NCBI GenBank assembly: GCA_019634005.1
Contig: JAHQWD010000003.1
Coordinates: 67,725-131,724 of the forward strand
Length of the DNA: 64,000 nt
Source of the DNA: Candidatus Kaiserbacteria bacterium
GTDB taxonomy: Bacteria; Patescibacteriota; Minisyncoccia; Phycocordibacterales; UBA918
Direction: 5' to 3'
Of the stretch, positions 37,718 through 48,017 are shown piece after piece. A model generated the notes under the pieces. It was not told the DNA's origin, did not search any database, and saw only the letters and a program-made list of their open reading frames with translations. A program made the position numbers and the translations under genes. Position 1 is the stretch's first letter. Each line of letters starts with the position of its first letter.

Positions 37718-40066
37718 TTAATTTTGCTTCAGAAGTTCTACTGCATCTTCGACTGTAAACGTCTTGAGATCAGTCCCGTCAGGGAGCATAATGCGTTTAA
37801 ATCCCTTTCGAAGGTATTGTCCAGATTTAGACTCATAGACACGAACGAGCTTATTCGTCTTTGGGTGGAGTCCTAGTTCCTTCACCATTTTCTCTCCAGG
37901 ACGCCCCTTCTTCGGCTCCTTGAGAAGTTCAAGTGCACGTTTAAAAGTAATATCATACGGGTTGTCCTCACCCTTCAGTGAACGATAGTCTCCTGCATGC
38001 TCTATGTATGGCCCAAACCGTCCAGTGTTTGCGACAATCTGCACATCGGTATCTGGATGTGTTCCCAGCTCGCGGGGAAGCATTAAATACTTCACTGCAT
38101 CCTCAAGGGTGACGTCCTCCACACTCTTATCCTGTGGAATGCTTGCTCTCCGTGGCTTTTCTTTTTTCGATCCTTTCTCTGGCGTCTCTCCCAGTTGTAC
38201 ATATGGTCCAAACCGTCCCGTGAGAATAAAGATGGGTTCTCCAGTTTCTGGATGATTACCAATAGGCTCATCTGCTTTAATCTCTGATCCATCGATCATA
38301 CGTGCACCCGTACAATCAGGGAAGGTGCTGCATGAAAGGAAACGTCCACCACGACCAAGCTTAATTACCATGTCCTTTCCACATTCTGGACACGGAAACT
38401 CCTTTGGTCCTGGCCCAAGATTGGTGAGTTTTTCAATGTCTTCTTTTGCGGCGATTGCTTTGGTAAACGGTCCATAGAAATCTTTGAGTGTTTTTGTATA
38501 CTCGCGTGATCCATCTGCAATCTCATCAAGCTCATCCTCCATCTCACTGGTGAAGGTGTCAGAGATATAGTTATCAAAATGTTCTTCGAGAAATGAAGAG
38601 ACCACATCTCCGGTGTCAGTTGGGATGAGGGTCCTTCCTTGTTTCTCTACATACCCACGATCCACAATGGTACGCATGATAGATGCGTATGTTGATGGAC
38701 GTCCAATACCCCGTTTCTCCAGTTCTTTAATAAGTCCTGCTTCAGTGTATCGACTTGGCGGCTGGGTCTGCTTTGCCTCCACCTCAAGTTCCTTGAGTGT
38801 GAGTGCGTCTCCCTTAGAAAGTGCAGGCACCTCTGTGTCATCACGACGTGCGGCGGGATCTGCCTGAAGCCATCCTGGGAAGGTGACCCGTGACCCGCGC
38901 ACAATGAAATCAGGGATCTCCTCTTTTGCATCGACAACATTTGCCGTGATGCGTGTACGTTGCATCTTTGCGTCTGCCATTTGGGATGCGACAGTCCGTG
39001 CCCAGATGAGCTCATAGAGTCGCTGTTGGTCTTCAGTTGTTCCTGCTTTTCGTTTTGTGACATCTGTTGGACGAACTGCCTCGTGTGCCTCCTGCGCAGA
39101 CTTACTTTTAGTCTTAAATGCTCGTGCGCCTACATTTTCTTTTCCATACTCTTTCTCTACCAGTCCAAGAATTTGCTTCTGGGCACCTTTCGCAAGTGCG
39201 GTGGAGTCCGTACGCATATACGTAATGTGTCCTGCCTCATACAGTTTCTGTGCAGCACCCATGGTACGACTTGGAGAAAATCCAAGACGTGTTGAGGCGA
39301 CCTGCTGAAGCGTAGAGGTTGTGAATGGCGGACGGGGCGCGCGCCTTGCTTCGGTTTCTTTGATATTGGTGACCTCCCATTTATTGTTCTCTGCAACACC
39401 TTTGATACGATCTACTTCTTTTTCTTCACGTGGTTCTTCAACACAGACGAACGGAATGTTCATCTTCTGTGCAGTAGTGTGTGCGGTGAGGACAAAATAG
39501 TCTTCGGGATTAAAGGCACGAATCTCTCGCTCGCGTTCCATAACGATGCGAAGGGCGGGGGATTGTACACGGCCTGCAGAGAGTCCATAGCGTACTTTCT
39601 TCCAGATAAGACCTGAGAGATCGTATCCCACGAGGCGATCAAGGACACGACGTGCTTCCTGCGCCTCCTTGAGATCTATATCAATGTCACGAGGATGCTC
39701 GAGCGCCTCTTTCACTGCAGATTCAGTGATTTCATTAAATACAATACGCTTCTGATTCGGGTTGATATCTTTCAAAAGTTCAGAGACATGCCATGCGATC
39801 GCTTCTCCTTCGCGGTCGGGGTCGGATGCAAGCAGTACCTGATCGACCTTCTTCGCCGCAGTCTGTAATTCTTTGATCACCTTCTCTTTTCCAGGAGAGA
39901 TGATGTAGCGGGGGATAAAGCCACCTTCAATATCGACAGCGTCTTTGTTAGATTTTGGAATATCACGAACATGCCCCACCGAAGATTTTACGGTGTAGCC
40001 TTTGCCGAGATATTTCTCGATAGTCTTCGCCTTTGCGGGCGACTCTACGATTACCAGTGTAGACAT
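37718..40066 (-). CDS. topA: DNA topoisomerase I
   Basis: Toprim N-terminus LVIVESPAKAKTIEKYLG, an active-site Tyr region, and C-terminal zinc ribbons (CPECGKDMVIKLGRGGRFLSC). Confidence 0.93.
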   Translation of the reverse strand: MSTLVIVESPAKAKTIEKYLGKGYTVKSSVGHVRDIPKSNKDAVDIEGGFIPRYIISPGKEKVIKELQTAAKKVDQVLLASDPDREGEAIAWHVSELLKDINPNQKRIVFNEITESAVKEALEHPRDIDIDLKEAQEARRVLDRLVGYDLSGLIWKKVRYGLSAGRVQSPALRIVMEREREIRAFNPEDYFVLTAHTTAQKMNIPFVCVEEPREEKEVDRIKGVAENNKWEVTNIKETEARRAPRPPFTTSTLQQVASTRLGFSPSRTMGAAQKLYEAGHITYMRTDSTALAKGAQKQILGLVEKEYGKENVGARAFKTKSKSAQEAHEAVRPTDVTKRKAGTTEDQQRLYELIWARTVASQMADAKMQRTRITANVVDAKEEIPDFIVRGSRVTFPGWLQADPAARRDDTEVPALSKGDALTLKELEVEAKQTQPPSRYTEAGLIKELEKRGIGRPSTYASIMRTIVDRGYVEKQGRTLIPTDTGDVVSSFLEEHFDNYISDTFTSEMEDELDEIADGSREYTKTLKDFYGPFTKAIAAKEDIEKLTNLGPGPKEFPCPECGKDMVIKLGRGGRFLSCSTFPDCTGARMIDGSEIKADEPIGNHPETGEPIFILTGRFGPYVQLGETPEKGSKKEKPRRASIPQDKSVEDVTLEDAVKYLMLPRELGTHPDTDVQIVANTGRFGPYIEHAGDYRSLKGEDNPYDITFKRALELLKEPKKGRPGEKMVKELGLHPKTNKLVRVYESKSGQYLRKGFKRIMLPDGTDLKTFTVEDAVELLKQN

Positions 40067-40080
40067 GAGCCTTACAAATA

Positions 40081-40764
40081 CTAGGTCTTGGTATTTCTGT
40101 CAAATGATAGCGCATCTAAGATGTCGTCTGCACAGGTGACTGGGGTGGCTCCCAGTTTTAAAAATTGATGCGTACCGTGACTGTTCTTTGAAAAAATATC
40201 TCCTGGTACGACGAGTACGTCTCTGTTGTAGTCTGCGGCCATACGTGCGGTGATGAGCGTGCCAGATTTTTCTTCTGCCTCTATGATAAGCACCGCATGA
40301 GAAAGCCCTGCCATGATCCGATTTCGACGAGGAAAAGACCAACGGGTTGCTTTGAAGGTTGGCTCAAATTCTGAGAGAAGTGCTCCACCAGACTCTAGGA
40401 TTCGTTCAGCGAGTCTTCTGTTTGTTTTTGGGTAGAGTACGGAGTCATCAAGTCCACTGCCTGGCACGGCAATAGTATGGAGATTGTTTTGGAGTGCTGC
40501 TTCGTGTGCAAGTGCGTCAATACCAAGTGCTAATCCAGAGACAATACATATATTGTGTCCTCTCAGGTCTTGTATAAGCGTCTCTACGACGCGTCTTCCG
40601 TACTCGGTGTACTTCCGAGAACCAACGACTGCAAGATATGTGGTATCTGAAGGAGGAAGCTTTCCACGTACATAGAGTTGTTCTGGAGGATCTGGTATTT
40701 CACAGAGATATGGGGGACACTCTATAGTACGTATTGGAAAGAACATACCGAGAGTGTAACACAA
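40081..40764 (-). CDS. dprA: DNA processing protein DprA (Smf)
   Basis: DprA Rossmann pattern LAVVGSRKYTEYGRRV...IVSGLALGIDALAH. Has the conserved dprA-topA adjacency. Confidence 0.85.
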   Translation of the reverse strand: MCYTLGMFFPIRTIECPPYLCEIPDPPEQLYVRGKLPPSDTTYLAVVGSRKYTEYGRRVVETLIQDLRGHNICIVSGLALGIDALAHEAALQNNLHTIAVPGSGLDDSVLYPKTNRRLAERILESGGALLSEFEPTFKATRWSFPRRNRIMAGLSHAVLIIEAEEKSGTLITARMAADYNRDVLVVPGDIFSKNSHGTHQFLKLGATPVTCADDILDALSFDRNTKT

Positions 40765-41094
40765 GGAAGGTATGCATAACTGATCTTGCCTGGATAAGTT
40801 TAATGTGGTATATTGCGATCAGTAGCAGAAGGGAGTTTCCGATGAAAAATCCTTACAAGAAGACCTTTGTCACCCTTGTCGAGCGGGACGACGGTGGCGG
40901 CAAAAGCACCTTCCCTATCCTTCTTCTACCTCCCTAGGATAGGACATTCTCTCATTCTTGCTCTTTAGAGCAAAAGCAACGAGCCGAACTTCTATGTTCG
41001 GCTCGCTTTCTTTCTTGACATGAATATGTTGGGAGAGTATACAGAATAGTAGTTTTGAGTTCTGTAAGTCAATTGAAAAAGTGGGGTTAGGAAT

Positions 41095-41556
41095 ATGAAT
41101 GTTCAAGCAAACACGTCCTCTCGTCATGTAGAGGTACAGGAGGTTGTAGACGCAAGCAAAGGAAGACTGGACGAAGAGGCTGTTGTGTCTGTACTACACT
41201 GTACGGGAGCGTGGCCACTGGCGGTCTTCTGGGGGTATGTATTGTATAAGAAAAATGGAGACGTTCCATCCATGTGGACGAGTGGAAGCGATCAGAGTGT
41301 GCATCGCGACTGTGAGCACCTTCTCGAATCCTTGGAGGTGGTCAAGAAGAACCCAGGACGACTACCTGTTCAAATGAAGGATGGAAAAATCCGAAAAACC
41401 TTCAAGGAGTTGGGCGTGTCTCTGCCTGACGTCCTTAAAGACGATCTTCTCCGTGCGGCAATACGAGTGTGGATCGTCTTCTCCGTCGTTGGTGATGCTA
41501 ATGAGGGTTCTGACCGAATCTGTATCCGAGTTGCGAAACAATGGCTTCACCTCTAG
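41095..41556 (+). CDS. Hypothetical protein (153 aa)
   Basis: ORF only. Confidence 0.35.
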   Translation: MNVQANTSSRHVEVQEVVDASKGRLDEEAVVSVLHCTGAWPLAVFWGYVLYKKNGDVPSMWTSGSDQSVHRDCEHLLESLEVVKKNPGRLPVQMKDGKIRKTFKELGVSLPDVLKDDLLRAAIRVWIVFSVVGDANEGSDRICIRVAKQWLHL

Positions 41557-41682
41557 ACTCGAAGAGACATGTTATTTGAAGAAACGAGCATGGGCATGCC
41601 CTAGCTCGTTTTTTTCATGTCTTGTGTTATTCCGTACACATAGTATGCTCCCAAAGGGGGTAGCAAAGAAAGGAGTAGAACT

Positions 41683-41958
41683 ATGCCTGTGTATCATATT
41701 GTACTTCATGTGCATGATGATGTATCTCCTCCAATGTGCGGGGCGCTTGAGATGCGTAGACATACCATCTGTCGCATCACAAGCAGATCGGTCAGCGAAG
41801 AGATTGAGGAACTTCTCGAGTTTGCTCGCCAGAAACTTGGTTTTAAGAATCCCAAGGTTAGACCAGGGGACAGAGCGGTTGAGGAATTGTTCAAGGAGGA
41901 CCTTCTCAGATATGCGGAGGCTGCACGTGAACGTCCGGAACAGGACGCGGCGGAGTGA
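41683..41958 (+). CDS. Hypothetical protein (91 aa)
   Basis: ORF followed by a strong terminator. SD-like AAAGGAGTAG upstream. Confidence 0.4.
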   Translation: MPVYHIVLHVHDDVSPPMCGALEMRRHTICRITSRSVSEEIEELLEFARQKLGFKNPKVRPGDRAVEELFKEDLLRYAEAARERPEQDAAE

Positions 41959-41964
41959 CAAACG

Positions 41965-42000
41965 GAGTCGGATTCCCTACGGGGATCCGACTCGTTTTTT
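41965..42000 (+). terminator. Intrinsic terminator (gagtcggat(t)ccc/ggggatccgactc plus TTTTTT)
   Basis: Seen in sequence. Confidence 0.6.
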
Positions 42001-42030
42001 AATACACATGGGTTATAATCAAAGACATCT

Positions 42031-43290
42031 ATGCTGGATATTAAATTCATTCGAGAGAATCTCGATATCGTAAAAGCAGGTGCGAAGAAAAAACATATCG
42101 ATATAGACCTCGATCGTCTTGTTGCACTTGATGGTGAGCGTAAGGAGAAGCTCACGGCTGTTGAAGAAAAGAAAGCGCGCCAAAACAAGGTGTCTGAAGA
42201 AATCGCACACGCTGATGATGCACGCAAGCAAGAACTTATTGCAGAAATGCAGGTGGTGAAAGGGGAGATCCAGTCTGCTGAGGAAGAATTAAAGAAAGTA
42301 ATGGAGGAATGGCAGGCGCTCATGCTCCAAGTACCACAGGTGCCAGACATGTCTGTGCCAGATGGGAAAGATGATGAGGATAATAAGGAGATAAAGACAT
42401 GGGGAGAAAAGACCTCGTTTCCGTTTGAAGCAAAGAGTCATGTCGATATCATGGTGCAGCATGATATGGCGGATTTTGAGCGTGGTACAAAGGTGCACGG
42501 GTTTCGTGGGTACTATCTCAAAAATGAGGGTGCGCTTCTTTCATGGGCTATCTGGAACTATGCACAGAAGTTTTTCTTAGAAAAAGGATTCTCTCCCATG
42601 ATTCCACCGACTATTGTGCGGAAGGAAAATCTCTATGGTACGGGGCATCTTCCAAACGAAGCAGATGATGTGTACCACACACAGGATGGAGACTATCTCA
42701 TCGGGACAGCAGAGATTCCAACCATGGGGTATTACAGTGATGAAGTGCTTCCAAAAGAGAGTTTCCCGATTAAACATCTCTCATTTTCTCCTTGTTATAG
42801 ACGTGAGGCGGGAAGCCATGGAAAAGACACAAAGGGACTGATTCGTGTACACGAGTTTTATAAGTTAGAGCAGGTAGTACTTTGTGAAGCGTCACACGAG
42901 GAGAGTGTGAAGCATCACGAGTGGCTCAATCGTAATACCGAAGAGTTTATCGAATCACTCGGCATCCCGTACCACACCGTACTGAACTGTGGTGGTGATC
43001 TTGGGCAGGGGCAGGTAAAGAAATATGACATTGAACTCTGGGTACCAGGCGAGGAGAAGTATCGGGAGATCAGTTCGGCCTCATACTTCCATGATTTCCA
43101 AACCCGACGCTTTAATATTCGCTATCGTGACGCCGAAGGCACCTTACGCTACGCACACTCGCTTAACTGTACAGCGATTCCAACACCGCGTATCCTCGTA
43201 TCACTCATAGAGAACTTCCAGCAGGAGGACGGATCTATCAAGATTCCAGAGGTGCTCGTACCGTACTTTGGAAAAGAGAAGATAGGGTAG
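42031..43290 (+). CDS. serS: Seryl-tRNA synthetase
   Basis: N-terminal coiled-coil arm. Class II motifs, including motif 2 around FRSE-like YRREAGSHGKDTKGLIRVHEF, and motif 3. Confidence 0.9.
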   Translation: MLDIKFIRENLDIVKAGAKKKHIDIDLDRLVALDGERKEKLTAVEEKKARQNKVSEEIAHADDARKQELIAEMQVVKGEIQSAEEELKKVMEEWQALMLQVPQVPDMSVPDGKDDEDNKEIKTWGEKTSFPFEAKSHVDIMVQHDMADFERGTKVHGFRGYYLKNEGALLSWAIWNYAQKFFLEKGFSPMIPPTIVRKENLYGTGHLPNEADDVYHTQDGDYLIGTAEIPTMGYYSDEVLPKESFPIKHLSFSPCYRREAGSHGKDTKGLIRVHEFYKLEQVVLCEASHEESVKHHEWLNRNTEEFIESLGIPYHTVLNCGGDLGQGQVKKYDIELWVPGEEKYREISSASYFHDFQTRRFNIRYRDAEGTLRYAHSLNCTAIPTPRILVSLIENFQQEDGSIKIPEVLVPYFGKEKIG

Positions 43291-43299
43291 AATAAGCAC

Positions 43300-44103
43300 A
43301 TGGCATGGAGAAAGTCGCGCAGGCGACGCACGAACACACGATCACTACGACACCAGCTTCTCTTCGGAGGAGGCTTTCTCCTTATATTGGGAGGACTTTT
43401 ATATGGAGTGTGGTATGGCACACACCATGATGCGGTTGCGCTCTCAGAGATAAGGGTCTCTGGTGGAGCAACTGTCTCCCATGAGAAAGTAGAACAGGTG
43501 GCATGGAGAGCGCTCTCTGGTAATCAGTATGGTCTTATCTCAAAACGCTTTGCGTATCTCTATCCACAACAGGAGGTCATAGATGCTGTCTCACATATTC
43601 CACGAGTACACGGTGTGTCCGTAACACGTGATGGAAAAATACTCTCTATACATTTTGAAGAATATATTCCCACCGCACTGTGGTGTGACTCTCTGGCAAG
43701 TATCTCGTGTGTTTTCCTTACTGAAGATGGTTTTGGATTTGATAAAGCTCCACAACTTACGGGTGGTGTATTTGTTCGCTATGTAACAGCACTTGCATCG
43801 TCAACTCCTCATACACAGGCGATTGATCGAGACATCATGGTTGAAAGCACTTCTTTTATTCACGCGGTGCGGGAAGCATATGGTTTTGGAATAGCTCAGG
43901 TGGTGTATACAGCAGATGGTGACGTTGAGTATCATAGGGAAATAGGAGGCGTCATTCTCACAACACAAGAAGAAAGTGTCGAGGAAGCTCTTGAAAACTT
44001 AGACACAGTATTATCATCTGAAGAGTTTTCTCACTTACGTACCGAACCGTTTCTGTATGTAGATCTTCGGTTTGGGAATCGGGTCTTCGTAAAAGAAGAC
44101 TAA
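43300..44103 (+). CDS. Membrane protein with FtsQ/DivIB-like topology (basic N-terminus, one TM helix, POTRA-like region)
   Basis: RKSRRRRTNTR tail, a TM helix, then I..I.V.G......E.V-type beta strands. Inferred weakly from the pattern. Confidence 0.3.
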   Translation: MAWRKSRRRRTNTRSLRHQLLFGGGFLLILGGLLYGVWYGTHHDAVALSEIRVSGGATVSHEKVEQVAWRALSGNQYGLISKRFAYLYPQQEVIDAVSHIPRVHGVSVTRDGKILSIHFEEYIPTALWCDSLASISCVFLTEDGFGFDKAPQLTGGVFVRYVTALASSTPHTQAIDRDIMVESTSFIHAVREAYGFGIAQVVYTADGDVEYHREIGGVILTTQEESVEEALENLDTVLSSEEFSHLRTEPFLYVDLRFGNRVFVKED

Positions 44104-44120
44104 TGTGATACCCTCTGCGC

Positions 44121-45119
44121 ATGTCTTTTTGGCAAAAACTTCCAAAACCTATTTTTGTACTCGCACCGATGGCAGATGTCACCGATGCGCCATTTCGACG
44201 TCTGATTGCAAAGTATTCTGCACATGAGCGTACCGACGGAACTATCGGTGGAGCTGATGTAACCTGGACAGAGTTCGTCTCTGCCGATGGTCTCGCGCTT
44301 GCGCCTGAGAAGGGGAGACAAAAACTGCTCGCAGATCTTATTTATTCTGAAGAAGAGCGACCAATTGTCGCGCAGCTATTTTCTTCTAACCCAGAACATA
44401 TGGAATCCGCAGCACGACTGTGTAAGGAGTTGGGATACGATGGGATAGACATAAACATGGGGTGCCCAGATCGTTCGATAGAAAAGCAAGGGTGTGGCTC
44501 TGCCATGATTAAAAACCCAGAGAACGCACGTGAGATTATCCGTGCCGCAAAACGAGGAACAGGGGATCTCCCTGTGTCCGTGAAGACCCGTCTTGGGTAT
44601 AACAAAGACCAGTTGGAAGAGTGGCTCCCAGAACTTTTGAAAGAGAATCCAGCGGTGGTGACCGTTCACGCACGGACACGGAAGGAGATGTCCAAGGTAC
44701 CTGCGCGATGGGAGCGAATTAAACGAGCAGTAGAAATACGAGACGAGCTTGGAAGCGACACCCTTATCTTTGGAAACGGAGATGCCTTGTCTCTCGAAGA
44801 CGCGAAAAAGAAAGTACAAGAGACTGGAGCAGATGGCGTCATGCTCGGTCGTGCTATCTTTGGTAATCCATGGCTTTTCCACCCAGAGAAGGATCTCTCG
44901 AACGTGTCACTTGAGGAACGGCTTTCTGTCATGGTGGAGCATACAAAGTTGTTTGTAGAACTCTTGCCGCACAAAAACTTTGCGGTGATGAAGAAACACT
45001 ATAAGGCGTATGCACACGGCTTTGATGGCGCCAAAGAACTGCGTATGGAACTGATGGAGACAAATACCCCTGAGGAAGTTGAAGAGATTGTAAAGGGATT
45101 TTTAAAGGACAAGGTGTGA
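44121..45119 (+). CDS. tRNA-dihydrouridine synthase
   Basis: VLAPMADVTDAPFRRL at the N-terminus of the Dus TIM barrel. Catalytic Cys region NMGCP. Confidence 0.85.
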   Translation: MSFWQKLPKPIFVLAPMADVTDAPFRRLIAKYSAHERTDGTIGGADVTWTEFVSADGLALAPEKGRQKLLADLIYSEEERPIVAQLFSSNPEHMESAARLCKELGYDGIDINMGCPDRSIEKQGCGSAMIKNPENAREIIRAAKRGTGDLPVSVKTRLGYNKDQLEEWLPELLKENPAVVTVHARTRKEMSKVPARWERIKRAVEIRDELGSDTLIFGNGDALSLEDAKKKVQETGADGVMLGRAIFGNPWLFHPEKDLSNVSLEERLSVMVEHTKLFVELLPHKNFAVMKKHYKAYAHGFDGAKELRMELMETNTPEEVEEIVKGFLKDKV

Positions 45120-45886
45120 TAATTTATAGCAATATGGATACCTCACTACAATTCAGACCAGAAGACAGACTCCAGAAGACATGGATACCTGAAGGAACTG
45201 AGGAGTACAAGATATTCAAGCTCATTACCCTTGAGAACAGATACCTTGGAAAACTTCTTAAGGATAGATACCAACTTGGAAACGGAGGCCTGGTGCTTGA
45301 TGTTGGGGGACGTAAGGGTGATATTGCACTTGAACTTCAAAAACCTGAGTACATTCACATTATCGACCCAGACCCTACGCTCACATTGGATTTTACCCCC
45401 GCGCAGTTTTGGAATGAGCGTATCCAGGATGTTGAACTTGAAGATAAGTATAGACTGATTATCTGCAGCCACGTACTTGGATATCTCGGAACACAAAATG
45501 TGCAAGACGAAGTATTTGACCAACTCATTAATGCTCTTGCACCTGGCGGCACTCTCGTTCTCTTCTTCAACAGAAATACACGATACGTTGGTGAACTACT
45601 AGAATTCTCAAAAGAACTCGGTGTTGATGGACACTATGACTACTTTGATGAGTCTCTTGTTGAGCGGCTTGATAAGACAGAATTTGATATCTCACACGAA
45701 GATGTAACATTCAATTTAAGCTATGAGACGTTCGAAGATTTGTCCCGCTGTTGTTGGTTTCTTTATGGAGCACGGGATCAAGATATAGAGAAAGTTGCCA
45801 GGATGTTCCTACCACGTCTCAAACAGGATCTAGAAGAGTCTGAAATTGAGATTGCTGAACGAGTGCTACTGATTACTAGGAGGTAG
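45116..45886 (+). CDS. Class I SAM-dependent methyltransferase-like
   Basis: Motif I VLDVGGRKGDIALEL. Confidence 0.55.
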   Translation: MIIYSNMDTSLQFRPEDRLQKTWIPEGTEEYKIFKLITLENRYLGKLLKDRYQLGNGGLVLDVGGRKGDIALELQKPEYIHIIDPDPTLTLDFTPAQFWNERIQDVELEDKYRLIICSHVLGYLGTQNVQDEVFDQLINALAPGGTLVLFFNRNTRYVGELLEFSKELGVDGHYDYFDESLVERLDKTEFDISHEDVTFNLSYETFEDLSRCCWFLYGARDQDIEKVARMFLPRLKQDLEESEIEIAERVLLITRR

Positions 45887-45939
45887 ATTGTGAGTAACTT
45901 CCTCAAGACGCACTCGTAAGTCTTTGGTATACTCTACCC

Positions 45940-46206
45940 ATGAGTGAAGTATTGCAAGCAAACGCATTCTTTATGATCACCTCGGCTGCGGTCATTGTGT
46001 TCACACTCTTTGTATGTGTCGCGGTAATCTATGTGATTCTGATCCTCAGGTCTATCAAACGGATTCTTGGACGCATCGAAGAGGGAACAGAGGTGCTTTC
46101 AGAAGACATGGCGTCTGTACGCAGGGCATTTGCTCGACATGGTCTTATTCGAGGGATTCTTGCTGCTATCTTTAGCACACGAAAGTCTCGTGATGATGAG
46201 GAATAA
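45940..46206 (+). CDS. Small membrane protein (DUF948-like)
   Basis: A single TM helix followed by an amphipathic helix. Commonly paired with YtxH-like genes. Confidence 0.45.
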   Translation: MSEVLQANAFFMITSAAVIVFTLFVCVAVIYVILILRSIKRILGRIEEGTEVLSEDMASVRRAFARHGLIRGILAAIFSTRKSRDDEE

Positions 46207-46221
46207 TAATTTTTTAATTCT

Positions 46222-46647
46222 ATGGCAAAGCGTAAAACAACAAAGAAAAAGGATAATACGATGCGTAATGTAGGTATTGGGCTCGGGACTGCGGCAGTTG
46301 CAGCAGCGGGTGCGTACTTCTTTTACGGATCTCCAAATGCAAAGAAGAATCGTCAGAAGCTAAAGAGCTGGATGATGATGGCGAAAGCTGAGGTGCTTGA
46401 GGCACTCGAGGAGGCAAAGAGCATGACGCAAGAAGAGTACGAAGACCTTGTTGAGGATGTGGCAGAGGCATATGCGGTACTTCAGACTGCTACTAAGAAG
46501 GATATTCTAGACTTCAAGAAGGAAATGAAAGATCACTGGAAGAAAATTGAGAAGAGTACAAAGACAAAGGTGAAGAAGGCAGCGACGAAAGCAACAAAGC
46601 GCGCAAAGAAGGTTGCAAAGAAAGTTGTCGCAAAGCGTAAGAAATAA
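46222..46647 (+). CDS. YtxH-like lysine-rich protein
   Basis: N-terminal Gly/Ala hydrophobic segment, then Lys/Glu-rich helices and a K-rich tail. Confidence 0.45.
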   Translation: MAKRKTTKKKDNTMRNVGIGLGTAAVAAAGAYFFYGSPNAKKNRQKLKSWMMMAKAEVLEALEEAKSMTQEEYEDLVEDVAEAYAVLQTATKKDILDFKKEMKDHWKKIEKSTKTKVKKAATKATKRAKKVAKKVVAKRKK

Positions 46648-47463
46648 ATGCAGGCACGGGTCACCATTGGCGTACTGATAGTGGGAGCGATTCTCTTTGG
46701 GGCGCTCCTCCGTACCGAGAGTGTGACCTCACTGCTCCGTATAGAAAATACCGCTGGTACTGCCAGTGGTATTTTGCCGCCTGCGGTTTCTGCACGAAAT
46801 GTTCTCGTCTATGATGTTACGGCAGACGATGTGGTATATGGACGAAAGACAAAAGAGACTCGTCCCATTGCATCTATTACAAAACTGTTTACCGCATACG
46901 CCGCGTATACAAGTGCAAGGCTTGATACAGTAGGAAATATTACGTGGGCAGACCTCCAAACTGAAGGAGATGCGGGATCGCTTTCATATGGTGAGGTGTA
47001 CACTCCTCGAGAACTTCTGTTCCCGCTCCTCCTCCTTTCTTCAAATGATGCGGGAGCGGCACTCCTTCGTATGATTGGTGAAGGCGTGTTTCAAGAAAGG
47101 ATTGCGACGTTGGTTGCAAATGCAGAACTCTCTCATACAAGTATTGTGGATAGTACGGGACTTTCTTCTCAAAATGTGTCGACGGCAGAAGATCTCAAAA
47201 GGCTTGTTTTGTATCTCCAAGAGTATGCACCGCATCTCTTGGACATCACACGTCTCTCTTCGTATCAGGGTACACACGCGGGGTGGCTGAACAACAATCC
47301 AGGACAAAAGTTTGATGGTTGGGTTGGAGGAAAACACGGGTATCTCCCGTCCGCAGGACGAACCTTTGTAGGGATCTTCGAGCAAGGTCACACATATGTA
47401 GTAGTACTGCTGGGGAGTGCAGATCTGTCGGAGGATCTGGAAGTCGTACTGAAAGAGTTGTAA
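46648..47463 (+). CDS. D-alanyl-D-alanine carboxypeptidase (S11-like penicillin-binding protein)
   Basis: SxxK in ASITKLFT, SxN in LLSSNDAG, and a KxG-like GGKHGY. Confidence 0.7.
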   Translation: MQARVTIGVLIVGAILFGALLRTESVTSLLRIENTAGTASGILPPAVSARNVLVYDVTADDVVYGRKTKETRPIASITKLFTAYAAYTSARLDTVGNITWADLQTEGDAGSLSYGEVYTPRELLFPLLLLSSNDAGAALLRMIGEGVFQERIATLVANAELSHTSIVDSTGLSSQNVSTAEDLKRLVLYLQEYAPHLLDITRLSSYQGTHAGWLNNNPGQKFDGWVGGKHGYLPSAGRTFVGIFEQGHTYVVVLLGSADLSEDLEVVLKEL

Positions 47464-47464
47464 A

Positions 47465-47486
47465 AGTGTAGCATATCTGCTACACT
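47465..47486 (+). promoter_or_regulatory. Perfect palindrome AGTGTAGCA-tatc-TGCTACACT immediately upstream of the antitoxin gene; candidate toxin-antitoxin operator
   Basis: Seen in sequence, 7 nt before the antitoxin start. Confidence 0.4.
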
Positions 47487-47492
47487 GTAGAC

Positions 47493-47717
47493 ATGACTAC
47501 AACTAATCCACGAATTCATATAACAACTGACAATGTTACCCGCACACTTCTTCAGAAGCTGGCGAAGCGTGACGACACATCACTCGCAAGTAAGGCGGAG
47601 GAGTATCTTCGTATTGGGCTTGCACTCGCAGAAGATATGGAACTTTCAGCCATTGCAGCAGAGCGTATGAAGACTCCTCGATCAAAGTATATTTCACATG
47701 ATGCTGTATGGGGTTAG
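47493..47717 (+). CDS. Antitoxin (ribbon-helix-helix/CopG-like) of a type II toxin-antitoxin pair
   Basis: Small, precedes and overlaps the RelE/ParE toxin by 10 nt. N-terminal beta-strand plus helices. Confidence 0.55.
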   Translation: MTTTNPRIHITTDNVTRTLLQKLAKRDDTSLASKAEEYLRIGLALAEDMELSAIAAERMKTPRSKYISHDAVWG

Positions 47718-47998
47718 ACGTCAACTATCATCCGCATGTGCTGTCACACGATATTCCAGATCTTTCAAAGACAATTCGTACGCGAATTAAAAAAGCAATA
47801 GAGAAAAAACTGTGTTCACATCCTGAGATATTTGGCGAACCTCTCAGAGGCTCGCTCGTGCCGCTGTGGAAGTTACGCGTAGGTGATTATCGCATTGTGT
47901 ATGATTTTAAGGGTGTGACTGTTTATATTCATGCAATAGGTCATCGAAAGCATATCTATACGCGTATTGCTCCCAAACGAACGCGGTTAGAAGACTAG
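47708..47998 (+). CDS. RelE/ParE-family toxin
   Basis: PLWKLRVGDYRIVYDFKGVTVYIHAIGHRK is typical of RelE/ParE. Confidence 0.75.
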   Translation: MGLDVNYHPHVLSHDIPDLSKTIRTRIKKAIEKKLCSHPEIFGEPLRGSLVPLWKLRVGDYRIVYDFKGVTVYIHAIGHRKHIYTRIAPKRTRLED

Positions 47999-48017
47999 AT
48001 AATGCTATACTACTCCC

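Noticed and set aside
41706-42350. 214-aa minus-strand ORF spanning the serS start and its upstream genes
   Set aside because: Crosses a strong plus-strand terminator and two plus-strand genes. Ser-rich, with no RBS.
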